From positions 128,274 through 192,273 of the forward strand of contig JBFHFF010000002.1 of assembly GCA_041583775.1 (NCBI GenBank): 64,000 nucleotides of DNA, in the 5' to 3' direction. A model generated the notes under the pieces. The model saw only the letters and a list, made by a program, of their open reading frames with translations, was not told the DNA's origin and searched no databases. The translations under genes were made by a program, and so were the position numbers. Within the stretch, counting starts at the first letter, position 1. Each line of letters starts with the position of its first letter. The DNA comes from Candidatus Moraniibacteriota bacterium (lineage in GTDB: Bacteria; Patescibacteriota; Minisyncoccia; Moranbacterales; DUUL01). Below, in pieces: positions 1-9,899 of the stretch.

Positions 1-905
1 TCATAAATATTTCCGATTCCAAGCCATTTCTCCATCTTTTCAATTCCTTCTGAAGTAAGCAGTGCACTTCTTAATTTTTCATCTACATTATAATCTTCAT
101 TTTCCTTAAGTCGCGGAACAAGTGTTGCAAACTGTCCATACATTTGTGTTGATTCAGCATCTGGAGTAGAAATAATAAGAGGAGTTCGAGATTCATCAAT
201 TAGAATTGAATCTACTTCATCTACAATCGCAAAATTTAATTCCCTTTGAGCCATTTGCTCTAAGCTTTGAGCCATATTATCTCTCAAATAGTCAAACCCA
301 AATTCATTGTTTGTTCCATAAAGGACATCTGCTTGATAAGCCTCGGATCTTAAAACTGGAACCAAATTTTCTTCTTCGATACTAACTTCATTAGTATCAA
401 TTTTATTTGGGGTGTAAAGGAATGATGTTTGATTATTAATACAAGCAGTTGAAAGCCCCAAAAAATGATATACACTTCCCATCCAATTTGCATCTCTCTT
501 CGAAAGATAATCGTTTACCGTAACCACATGCACACCTTTTCCAGTTAAAGAGTTGAGGTATACTGGTAAAGTTGCTGTTAGTGTCTTTCCTTCACCGGTT
601 TTCATTTCGGCAATCTTTCCTTCATGCAAAATAACTCCACCTGTTAGTTGAGAGTCATATGGTCGTTCTCCAATCACTCGAAAAGCAGCCTCTCTTGCAA
701 CCGCAAAAGCTTCTGGCAAGATATCATCCAGTGTTTTTTCTCCTTTTTTCAAGACTTCCTTAAATTCCTCTGTTTTAGCCTTTAATTCCTCATCCGTTAA
801 GGCTTTAATTTGGCTATCAAATTCATTTACTTGCGCTACAATTTTATCAATTCGCTTTAATTCTTTTTGTTGAGAATTGCCAAACATTCTATCTAAAAGT
901 TTCAT
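1..905 (-). CDS. secA: Preprotein translocase SecA, N-terminal ~301 codons; the gene runs off the window start
   Basis: Minus-strand translation from ATG at 905..903 gives [13 protein letters not shown]...[41 protein letters not shown]...[12 protein letters not shown], near-identical to the SecA DEAD-motor signature. Absent from the ORF track only because it is incomplete. Confidence 0.9.
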   Translation of the reverse strand, partial: MKLLDRMFGNSQQKELKRIDKIVAQVNEFDSQIKALTDEELKAKTEEFKEVLKKGEKTLDDILPEAFAVAREAAFRVIGERPYDSQLTGGVILHEGKIAEMKTGEGKTLTATLPVYLNSLTGKGVHVVTVNDYLSKRDANWMGSVYHFLGLSTACINNQTSFLYTPNKIDTNEVSIEEENLVPVLRSEAYQADVLYGTNNEFGFDYLRDNMAQSLEQMAQRELNFAIVDEVDSILIDESRTPLIISTPDAESTQMYGQFATLVPRLKENEDYNVDEKLRSALLTSEGIEKMEKWLGIGNIY

Positions 906-1042
906 ATTCGATGTTATTCTTAATTTTGCTATTTATCTGTATTTATACTTTACCATTCTAAACCTGATTTCTCTTAAAGTCTAGCCTAGTGACTGTTTTT
1001 AAGAATAATCCTATTTCTTTCAGTTTACAAAAATATCATATT

Positions 1043-3202
1043 TCAAAAATGAGCCCCTTTATCGACAACAGTTTGTTTCGCTATTTTCACCAATCTAAGT
1101 TCTTCATAGGAGTACAACCCCTTAAAATAATCAAAAACTGGCCTGAGTTTTCCGTTGCCTTCTTTCTGGAAGGCTTTTTTGATCTCTTTTTGTGCTTTTT
1201 TGTTTGGTAAAAGATGCTCTATATTTATTTTTTTGTCTTCTTCAGAAATTTCCTCAATATATTGCACCACAGTGCTTTTTGTTAATTTCAGTTCCTCTAC
1301 AATCTCATTGAGGGTGTTTTTCTGCTCAATTAACTTTTTCACCACATCCATTCTTTCTTGTTTCGCATCCGAACGCACACTTTTTTTATTTTTTTTCTTT
1401 AAATTATAAATAGCAAGTGCTTCCGCTTTTTCCTCTTTTAATTTCCGAATAAAACCTGTAAATAATTCACCATACTTATTAAGCTTTTGTTTGCCTACCC
1501 CGGGAATTTTTGCAAATTCGGTTTTTGTTATCGGGAGTTGGTGCGCCATCTCCCGCAACGCTACATCACCAAAAATCACAAAAGCTGGTAGCTTTTTCTT
1601 ATCAGCAATCTTCTTGCGTAAACCGCGCAACTTTTCAAAAATATCTTCGTCATAATTTTCACCACACCCCCGCCTTCTAAATAAAAAAACTTCTTTTTTT
1701 ACTTTTGGTAATGCAATTTTTTTACGCTTAGCTAAAAATTCCGTTCCTTTTTTCGAAATACGAAATGTTTCGTATTCACCACTATTTTGAATCACCAACT
1801 CTTTTGCTACAATATGTGCAAAAAATTCCATAAGTTCAGCAGTTGAGTATTCTTTCGCAATTCCCCAAACCGAAAGCTCGTTGTGCTGGCGTGTTCTAAT
1901 TGCTCTGTCTTTTGAACCACGCAAAACTTTAATCACATGTCCTTTACCAAAAACATTCCCTGTTCTTATGACAGCAGAAAGAATTTTCTGTACAACCTCT
2001 GTCGCATCTTCGGTATTTTTGCTATTCAAGCAAACATCGCAAGTACCACATTCCATTAAGTCTTTTTGCCCAAAATATCTTGTAATCCACTGCCAACGAC
2101 AACTTCTCGCTTGTGCAAATTGCATCACTTCACGAATTTTTTTCTCTTCTCCTACTCTTCTTTTTTCATCCGTCATCCGTGTCAGAAAAAAATCCAATTT
2201 TATTTTATCTCCAGCAGAAAACAACAATACGCATTCACTTGGAAGTCCATCCCTGCCAGCACGACCAATTTCTTGATAATAACCCTCAATTGTCTTGGGA
2301 AATGTTTTGTGAATAACCAATCTGACATCTGGTTTATCTATCCCCATCCCAAAAGCAATTGTCGCAACTACAACATTAATTTCATCACGAACAAAAGCAT
2401 CTTGGGTTTTAACTCTCTCCTCGGAAGACATTCCCGCATGATAACTTCCAACATTTATCCCCTCTGCAGAAAGAGTTTTTGTTAATTGCTCAGTCTCTTT
2501 TCTAGAAAAACAATAAATAATTGCTGATTCATTTTTATACTTGTCCAGTAAATGAATAATTTTATCATTGGCACCACTTTTTGACAAAACACTGATGTGT
2601 AAATTTTCGCGATAAAAATCTGAAACAAAAACTTCGTGGTTAAACAATTCCAATTCTCTCACAATATCATCTCTCACAATCTGAGTTGCAGATGCCGTAA
2701 GTGCAATTATTGGAATTTTAGGAAAACGCTTGCGAAATAATTTCAAATTGCGATAATCTGGTCTAAAATCATGACCCCATTGTGAGATACAATGAGCCTC
2801 ATCAACTGCAAGTGCTGCGATATTAATCTTTTCGAGCCATTCTCCTACATTAACACTAGCCAATCTTTCTGGTGCAATATAAATAAGTTTATACTTTCCT
2901 TTTTCAGCTTTTTGCATTCTTTTTTGCAATTCACTAGCTTCAATTGAAGAGTTGAGCATTGTTGCTGAAATTCCATTTGCAACAAGTGCATCCACTTGAT
3001 CCTTCATCAAAGAAATCAAAGGAGAAACAACTATCGTTGTGCCTTTGCGCATAAGTGCAGGTAACTGAAAACAAAGCGATTTACCTCCTCCAGTGGGCAT
3101 TACCACAACCACATCTCTATCGGATAAAAAATGTTTAATAACTTGCTCTTGTACTGAACGAAAAGCCTCGTGTCCAAAATGTTTTTTAAGAATTTTTTTC
3201 AT
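1043..3202 (-). CDS. recQ: ATP-dependent DNA helicase RecQ with a C-terminal ~140-aa extension; the longest ORF reaches 3247 but the likely start is MKKILKK at 3202
   Basis: Helicase motifs I (MPTGGGKSLCFQLPAL) and II (DEAHCISQWGHDFRPDY), a RecQ Zn/WH region and an HRDC-like segment (GVGKQKLNKYGELF). Confidence 0.9.
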   Translation of the reverse strand: MKKILKKHFGHEAFRSVQEQVIKHFLSDRDVVVVMPTGGGKSLCFQLPALMRKGTTIVVSPLISLMKDQVDALVANGISATMLNSSIEASELQKRMQKAEKGKYKLIYIAPERLASVNVGEWLEKINIAALAVDEAHCISQWGHDFRPDYRNLKLFRKRFPKIPIIALTASATQIVRDDIVRELELFNHEVFVSDFYRENLHISVLSKSGANDKIIHLLDKYKNESAIIYCFSRKETEQLTKTLSAEGINVGSYHAGMSSEERVKTQDAFVRDEINVVVATIAFGMGIDKPDVRLVIHKTFPKTIEGYYQEIGRAGRDGLPSECVLLFSAGDKIKLDFFLTRMTDEKRRVGEEKKIREVMQFAQARSCRWQWITRYFGQKDLMECGTCDVCLNSKNTEDATEVVQKILSAVIRTGNVFGKGHVIKVLRGSKDRAIRTRQHNELSVWGIAKEYSTAELMEFFAHIVAKELVIQNSGEYETFRISKKGTEFLAKRKKIALPKVKKEVFLFRRRGCGENYDEDIFEKLRGLRKKIADKKKLPAFVIFGDVALREMAHQLPITKTEFAKIPGVGKQKLNKYGELFTGFIRKLKEEKAEALAIYNLKKKNKKSVRSDAKQERMDVVKKLIEQKNTLNEIVEELKLTKSTVVQYIEEISEEDKKINIEHLLPNKKAQKEIKKAFQKEGNGKLRPVFDYFKGLYSYEELRLVKIAKQTVVDKGAHF

Positions 3203-3305
3203 AATTACATAATAACAATACCAACATTTTTTGCAAAACTCAGTCATTAAATAAAAAATTAAACCGCCAATTCGACGGTTTAATCCTTTTTTTCTTTAAA
3301 TTTCA

Positions 3306-3647
3306 CTATATCTCAGTAACTTCTGAAATTTTAGATCTTCTTCGTAAACTATCTCTGACTTTTTCCTTTGTTCTTCTGATTTTTTTCAACAAAGCTTCAT
3401 CTGCAAGATCAATTGCTTTTTTCATATCTTTGTCTTTTTTCTCAACCCTAAATGTAACACCAGGGATAACAGCACTCATAACTATTTGCCAAAAATAACT
3501 TTTGTCTTGTTTAATTTCAAGATCTGCTCTTAAAAGATTTGGCTCATAATCGCCTAATAATTTTTTAGACTTTCTTGCTTTTTTTTCGATATATTCCTTT
3601 TCGCTTTCGTTGAGCTTTTCAGCTCCGGTTAAGTACCTGATTTCCAT
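3306..3647 (-). CDS. hpf: Ribosome hibernation promoting factor / RaiA-like small protein
   Basis: 113 aa, basic, with YfiA/HPF-like length and pattern (EKEYIEKKARK...IDLADEALLKKIRRTKEK); similarity judged by eye only. Confidence 0.5.
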   Translation of the reverse strand: MEIRYLTGAEKLNESEKEYIEKKARKSKKLLGDYEPNLLRADLEIKQDKSYFWQIVMSAVIPGVTFRVEKKDKDMKKAIDLADEALLKKIRRTKEKVRDSLRRRSKISEVTEI

Positions 3648-3785
3648 CTTATTTTTCTTTAATTATTAAGGCTTATTTTAAATAATAAAAGCCCTTCTCA
3701 AGGCTCTTGATTATTTATCATCTCTTTTTTACTACTAAATTTTTAAAAAAATAAATCATTTTTTATTCTTCAATTTAAACTCGTG

Positions 3786-4733
3786 CTACATCAATATCTT
3801 CACTTCCTCTTCTAGTTGTACGCTAAACTTATTCCTAACTTTCATTTTCACAAGACTTATCAAAATAATAACATCTTCGCTCGTTGCATTCCCCATATTT
3901 ACAATGAAATTAGCTTGTTTTTGATCTATCATTGCATCTCCGATTCGCTCACCTTTCAAATCACACCTATCAATCAACCAGCCAGCTGGCACTTTACCAT
4001 CACGGCTTTTTTGCTCGCTATCAAATTCAAATTTTTCAACCACCTCGCTGCTAACAATGGGGTTTTTGAAAATACATCCTACTGAAGGAAAAAGACCGAC
4101 GGATGGTTGTCCCAAATTGCGTTTTTTAATTATTTCTTTTACTTTTTCTTTTATAACTCTTTCATCACCCTTTTCTAATTCAATCTCGACTTCCCAGACA
4201 AATAAATTATCATTCTCCTTGAAAACGCTAGACCGATATTCAAATCCACAATCTGCCAAATCAATTTGATGTACTTCCAATTTTTCATCATTCGTGTCAA
4301 TTACAAAAACTTTTGACACATTGTCTTTTATTTCTTTCCCAAATGCTCCAGCATTGCCCCTGACTGCGCCACCAACTGTTCCGGGAATTCCAGCTGACCA
4401 CTCAAGCCCTGTCAAAGAATTGTTTATTGCAAATGAAGTCAATTTATTAAAAACCACTCCCGCACCGCAAAGAAGTCTTGTTCTTCCATTTGCTTCCTTG
4501 AAAATCTCCCATGAATCATTTTCAATTTTCACAACCAAGCCAGAAAAACCATTATCTGAAAATAAGATATTGCTTCCACCACCCAAAAGAAAAATTTTCA
4601 ATTCATTTCTTTTTGCAAAATCAACCGCCTCACTCAAATCCTTCTTTTTTTTAACTATACAAAAATACTGTGCTTCACCACCGATTTTAAAAGTTGAATA
4701 TTTTTTTAATGAAACCTTTTCTTGAATCTCCAT
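3786..4733 (-). CDS. murB: UDP-N-acetylenolpyruvoylglucosamine reductase
   Basis: FAD-binding PCMH motifs LKKYSTFKIGGEAQYF, LLGGGSNILFSD and GIPGTVGGAVRGNAGAFG. Confidence 0.9.
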   Translation of the reverse strand: MEIQEKVSLKKYSTFKIGGEAQYFCIVKKKKDLSEAVDFAKRNELKIFLLGGGSNILFSDNGFSGLVVKIENDSWEIFKEANGRTRLLCGAGVVFNKLTSFAINNSLTGLEWSAGIPGTVGGAVRGNAGAFGKEIKDNVSKVFVIDTNDEKLEVHQIDLADCGFEYRSSVFKENDNLFVWEVEIELEKGDERVIKEKVKEIIKKRNLGQPSVGLFPSVGCIFKNPIVSSEVVEKFEFDSEQKSRDGKVPAGWLIDRCDLKGERIGDAMIDQKQANFIVNMGNATSEDVIILISLVKMKVRNKFSVQLEEEVKILM

Positions 4734-4788
4734 TTTTTTATTTTAGCTTTATTCTTCTGTTCTTTTCTTTTTAAAAAATCTTTGTTTT

Positions 4789-5928
4789 TTACTGTTCCCA
4801 ACTTGTTAAAATCTCAAGTGTTTCTTTTGCACTTTTTTCCCAACTAAATTCTTTAGCAAACAAAGATCCTTTTAAAATCATCTCCTCTCTTATTTTAGAA
4901 GATTTCATAATTTTTAGCAAAACACTTTCAAGCTGATCAACATCACCACTTTTAAAAAATTTAGCAGCAGCTCCCCCCACTTCTATCAAAGATGAATTTT
5001 TGGCAGATACAACAGGTGTCATAGATGCGAAGCTTTCTAAAACAGGAATCCCAAATCCTTCATAGAGAGATGGGAAAATAAAAATTTCAGCACCTTGATA
5101 CAAAACTGCTAATTGTTCAAAATCTACTTTCCCAGTCAAGATAATATCTTTTTTATAAACAGAGCTTTTTGCTGCAAAAATAATTTCTTCTGACATCCAA
5201 GCAGCCTCTCCTGCAAGCACTAGTTGCAAGTTTTCAAATTTTTGATTTTTTTTAATTTTTTCAAAAGCACTAATCAATGTTTTTAAATCTTTTCTTGGTT
5301 GTAGTGCTCCTACATATAATAAATATTTTTGATTTTGTTTGTTAGGAATTTTCAGATCATTTTTAACCTGCAAAATTTCTTCATTCGATCTTCTTGGCAA
5401 AAAATGTTTTTCATCAAAACCATGGTGTACTATGAAAATTTTTTTCTCATCCACATTAGGATATAGTTTTAAAATATCCGCCTTGGTAGCTTTTGAAATT
5501 GCAATAATTCTATCTGCTCTTTTAATTGCCGAGTCTGTAAAAAAATTCAATTTCCACAAGTCCTTTTTTGGAAAATATGCTGGAAAAAACTTAAAAGCCA
5601 AATCATGTACAGTAATCACATATTTTGTTTTTTTTGGTCCAATAAAAGGAACTTGTTGGATTGGCATCCAACAAACATCAGGCTTTCTACTTTTTAGTTC
5701 TGCAGCAAAAACAGTTTGTGTCCACCACCAATGTGATGAGATTTTTTTATCAAAATAATTCTCAAATTTTTTAGGCTTCAAGAGTTCGTTAAACTCTTCT
5801 TGATGATACAAAAAAAACTCATCTCGTTTATTTAGTTCTCCAAACCAATTTAAAAGTTGTTTTATATAAACCCGTGTTCCATCAATTCGACTATGGTCTA
5901 AATCTGCACAATCAATTGCAATTTTCAT
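4789..5928 (-). CDS. Glycosyltransferase family 4 (GT-B, retaining)
   Basis: C-terminal EX7E-type motif region (FPSLYEGFGIPVLESFASMTPVV), typical of group 1 glycosyltransferases. Confidence 0.8.
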   Translation of the reverse strand: MKIAIDCADLDHSRIDGTRVYIKQLLNWFGELNKRDEFFLYHQEEFNELLKPKKFENYFDKKISSHWWWTQTVFAAELKSRKPDVCWMPIQQVPFIGPKKTKYVITVHDLAFKFFPAYFPKKDLWKLNFFTDSAIKRADRIIAISKATKADILKLYPNVDEKKIFIVHHGFDEKHFLPRRSNEEILQVKNDLKIPNKQNQKYLLYVGALQPRKDLKTLISAFEKIKKNQKFENLQLVLAGEAAWMSEEIIFAAKSSVYKKDIILTGKVDFEQLAVLYQGAEIFIFPSLYEGFGIPVLESFASMTPVVSAKNSSLIEVGGAAAKFFKSGDVDQLESVLLKIMKSSKIREEMILKGSLFAKEFSWEKSAKETLEILTSWEQ

Positions 5929-6041
5929 ATTTTATTCTTTAAAAAATTAAAAATAAAAATTAGATATTTCCAAATTTTACTTAAATCAAACGCCAATGCT
6001 TGACAAAATAGATATTTATGCTATATTAGAATAACTTTTAT

Positions 6042-6152
6042 TCAAGCTTCAAACCCTTTAACCAAAAAGGAGTATTTTTTGAAAAAAAGAAAGGTGGGGG
6101 CTAAGAAAGCCCCCAGAAAAAGAAGGGGCGGGGGAATTATCATTTCCCTCAT
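6042..6152 (-). CDS. Possible 36-aa hydrophobic micro-ORF (MREMIIPPPLLFLGAFLAPTFLFFKKYSFLVKGFEA); an alternative reading is a structured 3' UTR or small RNA
   Basis: AGGAGG sits 10 nt upstream of the ATG and TATAAT further upstream on the minus strand. The ORF overlaps a GC-rich hairpin with a T-tract, which is unusual for a coding region. Confidence 0.2.
   Translation of the reverse strand: MREMIIPPPLLFLGAFLAPTFLFFKKYSFLVKGFEA
6096..6114 (-). terminator. Rho-independent terminator hairpin (GGGGGCT-aagaa-AGCCCCC) followed by a T-tract on the minus strand
   Basis: Perfect 7-bp GC stem in a ~30% GC background. The minus-strand continuation is ACCTTTCTTTTTTTC. Confidence 0.5.
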
Positions 6153-6243
6153 ACCAGAAACTCCTCCTGATTACATAAGGAGGAAAAAAGAAAGATTATA
6201 GCGAAAACCGCAGGGCGAGTGTAGAATTGTCTACCTCGCCTTT

Positions 6244-7452
6244 CTAATTACTTCCCTGCATTTCAGCTTGTATTTTGTTATAAACATCTTTATCTTCAAT
6301 ACCCTTGGCCAATTCCTGCTTGGCTTTTATTATAGCACTTATATCCATAGCTTCTTCTCTTTTTAAATAGCCCCATCTTATAAGGTTGGGTATATTACTA
6401 TATCTTTCTAAAATTGTCTTTCTCATAAAAGCTTTAGGTTTTTTGACCTTATTTACAGGAGCCAATTTATTTAATAAAAAACCTTGTTCAATATTTCCAA
6501 CCATTTCTTTCATTAACTTCGTAGTCCTTGCCTTCTCGCTAGTTATTTGATTTTCTTTCTTAATTAATCTCCATAGTTCCTGGAGTTTATCATTATCTAA
6601 AACTGTTATCTCAATATTAGAGCCTGCAATTTTTTTTCGCTCTTTTTCAATCAGTGCTTGATTAAACTCAGCCACATCACTTGAATCACTGAAGGTTTTT
6701 AAATTCACATTTAATATTTTTCCTCCACTAACAATTTCTGCATCAATTTTCTCTTTGTGATCATCCAAGGGCAGTGCTGATCTTGTCTCTATTAAATGCT
6801 CCTGTCCTTGTCTTTCGGCCCATTCATTTACCAGATAAACAAACTGCACTTCCGCTTTAAGTCCTTTCACATCTATATTATCAGCGATCGTCCTGTGTTC
6901 TTTTTTTAAATCAGCCATTTTCTCCTGCCTCTCTTTCTCATCCTTAATTCTTTTAGCTCTACCATATTTAATATCGCAAATCAGCGTCTCTATTGTTTGT
7001 TTTTTTACAAAAAGTGTATCTTCCCAGTTGGCAAGGGCTTTTTCATAATATTGAATTGCACTTTCTTCGTTTGCTTCTAAATCCTCTTTTTTCTCATACT
7101 CCCCATAAGCATTTGCAACTTCTTGTCGACTCAATTCTTCATATTTTTTCCCCTTCCTTTTGGCAACATCCACTAAAGATAACATAAAACGGACATTATC
7201 AATATTAACTCTTTCCTGTCTTTCCATTCCTTGATACAAATCAATCATTCGTTGTCTCTTGTTTTCAATCTCTTCATCTTCACAGCTATTTCTTTCTAAA
7301 AAATCAATAATTTCACCATATCTAATATTTCCTCGATAAAAAGCTCTCTCTTTTTGATCAAATAGTTTATTTTTTTCTTCATCACTTTCACTTTCTTTGT
7401 GATTTTCTCTTTCTCTATTGTTCATTAAAAATTCTTCTTTGTTTTTTTTCAT
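6244..7452 (-). CDS. Hypothetical highly charged, probably coiled-coil protein (402 aa)
   Basis: Long ORF with E/K/R-rich composition and no recognisable catalytic motifs. Confidence 0.5.
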   Translation of the reverse strand: MKKNKEEFLMNNRERENHKESESDEEKNKLFDQKERAFYRGNIRYGEIIDFLERNSCEDEEIENKRQRMIDLYQGMERQERVNIDNVRFMLSLVDVAKRKGKKYEELSRQEVANAYGEYEKKEDLEANEESAIQYYEKALANWEDTLFVKKQTIETLICDIKYGRAKRIKDEKERQEKMADLKKEHRTIADNIDVKGLKAEVQFVYLVNEWAERQGQEHLIETRSALPLDDHKEKIDAEIVSGGKILNVNLKTFSDSSDVAEFNQALIEKERKKIAGSNIEITVLDNDKLQELWRLIKKENQITSEKARTTKLMKEMVGNIEQGFLLNKLAPVNKVKKPKAFMRKTILERYSNIPNLIRWGYLKREEAMDISAIIKAKQELAKGIEDKDVYNKIQAEMQGSN

Positions 7453-7453
7453 C

Positions 7454-8260
7454 TTATTTATCTTTAGCTATTTTTAAACAAAAAAAATCTATTGCGTTTT
7501 GATCTAATGTTCTCTCGGCATCCTGCAAATCACATTCTTTTATATGAGCAATTTTTTCAATCACAAATTTCACAAAAGCTGGTTCATTCCTCCTACCACG
7601 CATTGGAGTCGGTGCCAAAAAAGGACAATCGGTTTCTGACATAATCTTTTCAATTGGAATTATCCGTATAACTTCAAAAATTTCTGCGTCTGTTTTTTTT
7701 GAAAAAGTAATATTACCGGTAAAAGAAAAGGACATTTTTTTTAGCGTTAAAAAATCTTGTGTCTGTTTGATACTTCCTCCATAACAATGCATCACCATTT
7801 TTAAATCTGCATATCTCTTTTTGGAAATAATTTCATACACATCCTCATATGCATCACGGCAATGAATAATAACTGGCAATTCTTGTTTTTGTGCAATCTC
7901 TAGCTGTGCAATAAATAACTCTTTTTGCTCTTTTTTATTTTTAACATTATGAAAATAGTCCAAACCAATCTCACCAATTGCAACCACTTTTTTTTCCTGC
8001 GCCAATTCTTTAAGTTGTTTGACAATTTTTTCCAAAGAAAAAAGCTTACCTATTTGATCTAAAATTTCTGGGTGAAAACCAACACTTGAAAAAACATTTT
8101 TATGTAAGTTGGTAATTTTAATAGACTTTAAACTTCTTTTAAAATCAACTCCTATATTAATAATGGCTTTTCCATTATTTTCTATAAAAAACCGAGAAAT
8201 GACCTCTTCACGATCTTCGTCAAAATTTTCGAAATCCAAATGCGCATGTGTATCAATCAT
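7454..8260 (-). CDS. tatD: TatD-family metal-dependent DNase/hydrolase
   Basis: MIDTHAHLDF, GEIGLDY and IHCRDA motifs. Confidence 0.85.
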   Translation of the reverse strand: MIDTHAHLDFENFDEDREEVISRFFIENNGKAIINIGVDFKRSLKSIKITNLHKNVFSSVGFHPEILDQIGKLFSLEKIVKQLKELAQEKKVVAIGEIGLDYFHNVKNKKEQKELFIAQLEIAQKQELPVIIHCRDAYEDVYEIISKKRYADLKMVMHCYGGSIKQTQDFLTLKKMSFSFTGNITFSKKTDAEIFEVIRIIPIEKIMSETDCPFLAPTPMRGRRNEPAFVKFVIEKIAHIKECDLQDAERTLDQNAIDFFCLKIAKDK

Positions 8261-8441
8261 TTTTTCTTGTCTTTATTTATATCCTTGCCTTATTATAAAC
8301 AATTTAAAAAATTTTAACATCTTCAATTTACTTTTGCCAAAATGATTTGTTTTTGATAACATATTAATACAAAATATTTTCATTAAACTAACAGACATTA
8401 TATTTCTGTTTTTATTTTGTTTTTTAAGTATTAACAAATTT

Positions 8442-9425
8442 ATGGACTATCTCATTGTTGTTTTTTTAGTTCTTCTTTCTGGTTTATTTTCAGGTCTTAC
8501 GCTTGGATTATTAAGTTTGGACATTGACGAATTAAAAAGAAAGATTTTTCTTGGCAATGAACATGCAAAAAAAGTTCTCTCTGTTCGAAAAAGAGGCAAT
8601 TTATTACTTTGTACTTTATTACTAGGAAATGTAGCAGTTAATTCTACTATAGCAATTTTTTTAGGAGATATTTCCAATGGATTTGTAGCTGGAATAATAG
8701 CAACCGCTCTAATTGTGATATTTGGAGAAATCATACCTCAGGCAACTTTTGCAAGGTATGCCTTGCGTGTTGGGGCCAATACTGCCTGGATAGTAAAAAT
8801 ATTTATTATATTATTTTTTCCAATCTGTTGGCCGATCGCCTGGATGTTGGATAAATTTTTGGGCGAAGAAATGCCAACCGTCTATTCCAAAAAAGAGTTA
8901 ATGAAAATTGTTGAAGAGCACGAGGGATACAAAGAAAGTGATGTCGATGCTGATGAAAAGAGAATTGTAAAAGGAGCTCTTTCTTATTCTCATAAGATGG
9001 TTCGAGAAATTATGACTCCAAGAACCGTGGTTTATGCCCTGAGTGTAGAAACTGTTCTAAACAAATCAACCCTAAATGACATTAAACAGCAAGGCTTTAC
9101 AAGAATTCCTGTCTTCAAGAATTCTAAAGATAATGTTATTGGACTTCTTTATGCAAAAGACTTAATTAACATAAAACCCTCCACAATAATTAAAAATGTT
9201 TATCGAAAAGAAAAAACTCTCACGGTAAAAGAAGATTTGCACCTTGACGAACTATTCAACACTTTCATTGAATCAAAGGTTCACATAGCCTTTGTTAAGG
9301 ACGAATATAATGGGTTGGAGGGCGTTGTAACTCTTGAAGATGTTATGGAAGAAATTTTAAAAGTTGAAATAGTTGACGAGACTGATACTGTTGTAGATTT
9401 ACAAAAAAAAGCACTTTCGAGATAG
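8442..9425 (+). CDS. CNNM/CorC-type membrane protein (DUF21 transmembrane domain plus a CBS pair), a putative Mg/Co efflux or hemolysin-family protein
   Basis: N-terminal DUF21 signature (LLSGLFSGLTLGLLSLD) followed by CBS-like segments (IMTPRTVVYAL... LEGVVTLEDVMEEIL). Confidence 0.8.
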   Translation: MDYLIVVFLVLLSGLFSGLTLGLLSLDIDELKRKIFLGNEHAKKVLSVRKRGNLLLCTLLLGNVAVNSTIAIFLGDISNGFVAGIIATALIVIFGEIIPQATFARYALRVGANTAWIVKIFIILFFPICWPIAWMLDKFLGEEMPTVYSKKELMKIVEEHEGYKESDVDADEKRIVKGALSYSHKMVREIMTPRTVVYALSVETVLNKSTLNDIKQQGFTRIPVFKNSKDNVIGLLYAKDLINIKPSTIIKNVYRKEKTLTVKEDLHLDELFNTFIESKVHIAFVKDEYNGLEGVVTLEDVMEEILKVEIVDETDTVVDLQKKALSR

Positions 9426-9473
9426 CTCCTAAGTGCTTTTTTATTGAATTTTTTACTTTTCTTGTTGTTATTT

Positions 9474-9875
9474 TTATTCTCCGTATTCAGCCTTTCCCAT
9501 TAAGGATGTTTTATTTTGAGACTCTTCAAAGACTTGCCCACCTTCATCTCTACCAACTGGCTTTTGATTGGTTTTCTCTAAGGACCTTCTTTCTATGGCC
9601 TCTATCTTATCATTCACAAACTTTTCCACATCATTAATTGAGTCAGGTCTTAAAAGACCTTTTGCGAACATATTCACTAATGAATTTTCAACCCCCTGTT
9701 TAACTACAGATGGTAATTCTTTTTCGTTTTTCCTTTCATAACTCTCAATAAGTGTTTCGCATAATTTTTCTGCTTTTTCTGCATCACTAACTTCCACCCT
9801 CTCAGCTTTAGCAACTTCCGTTTTTGACGCTCTTGCTTTTTCTGGAGAATTCATCCCAAAAAAGTTTAATTTCAT
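9474..9875 (-). CDS. Hypothetical small acidic protein (133 aa)
   Basis: ORF only; no recognisable motif. Confidence 0.35.
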   Translation of the reverse strand: MKLNFFGMNSPEKARASKTEVAKAERVEVSDAEKAEKLCETLIESYERKNEKELPSVVKQGVENSLVNMFAKGLLRPDSINDVEKFVNDKIEAIERRSLEKTNQKPVGRDEGGQVFEESQNKTSLMGKAEYGE

Positions 9876-9899
9876 ATTTTTTTTATTTTTTAATTATTT

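Noticed and set aside
1155-2485. Several 60-140 aa ORFs on the plus strand inside recQ (1155..1409, 1881..2276, 2066..2485, 2113..2316)
   Set aside because: They lie fully antisense to a strongly supported RecQ coding sequence and have low-complexity translations, so they are shadow ORFs.
3203-3247. Cys-rich N-terminal extension of RecQ (MTEFCKKCWYCYYVI) as a zinc knuckle
   Set aside because: This is more likely untranslated leader. Helicase conservation starts at the downstream Met (MKKILKKHFG), and the Cys cluster has no helicase counterpart.
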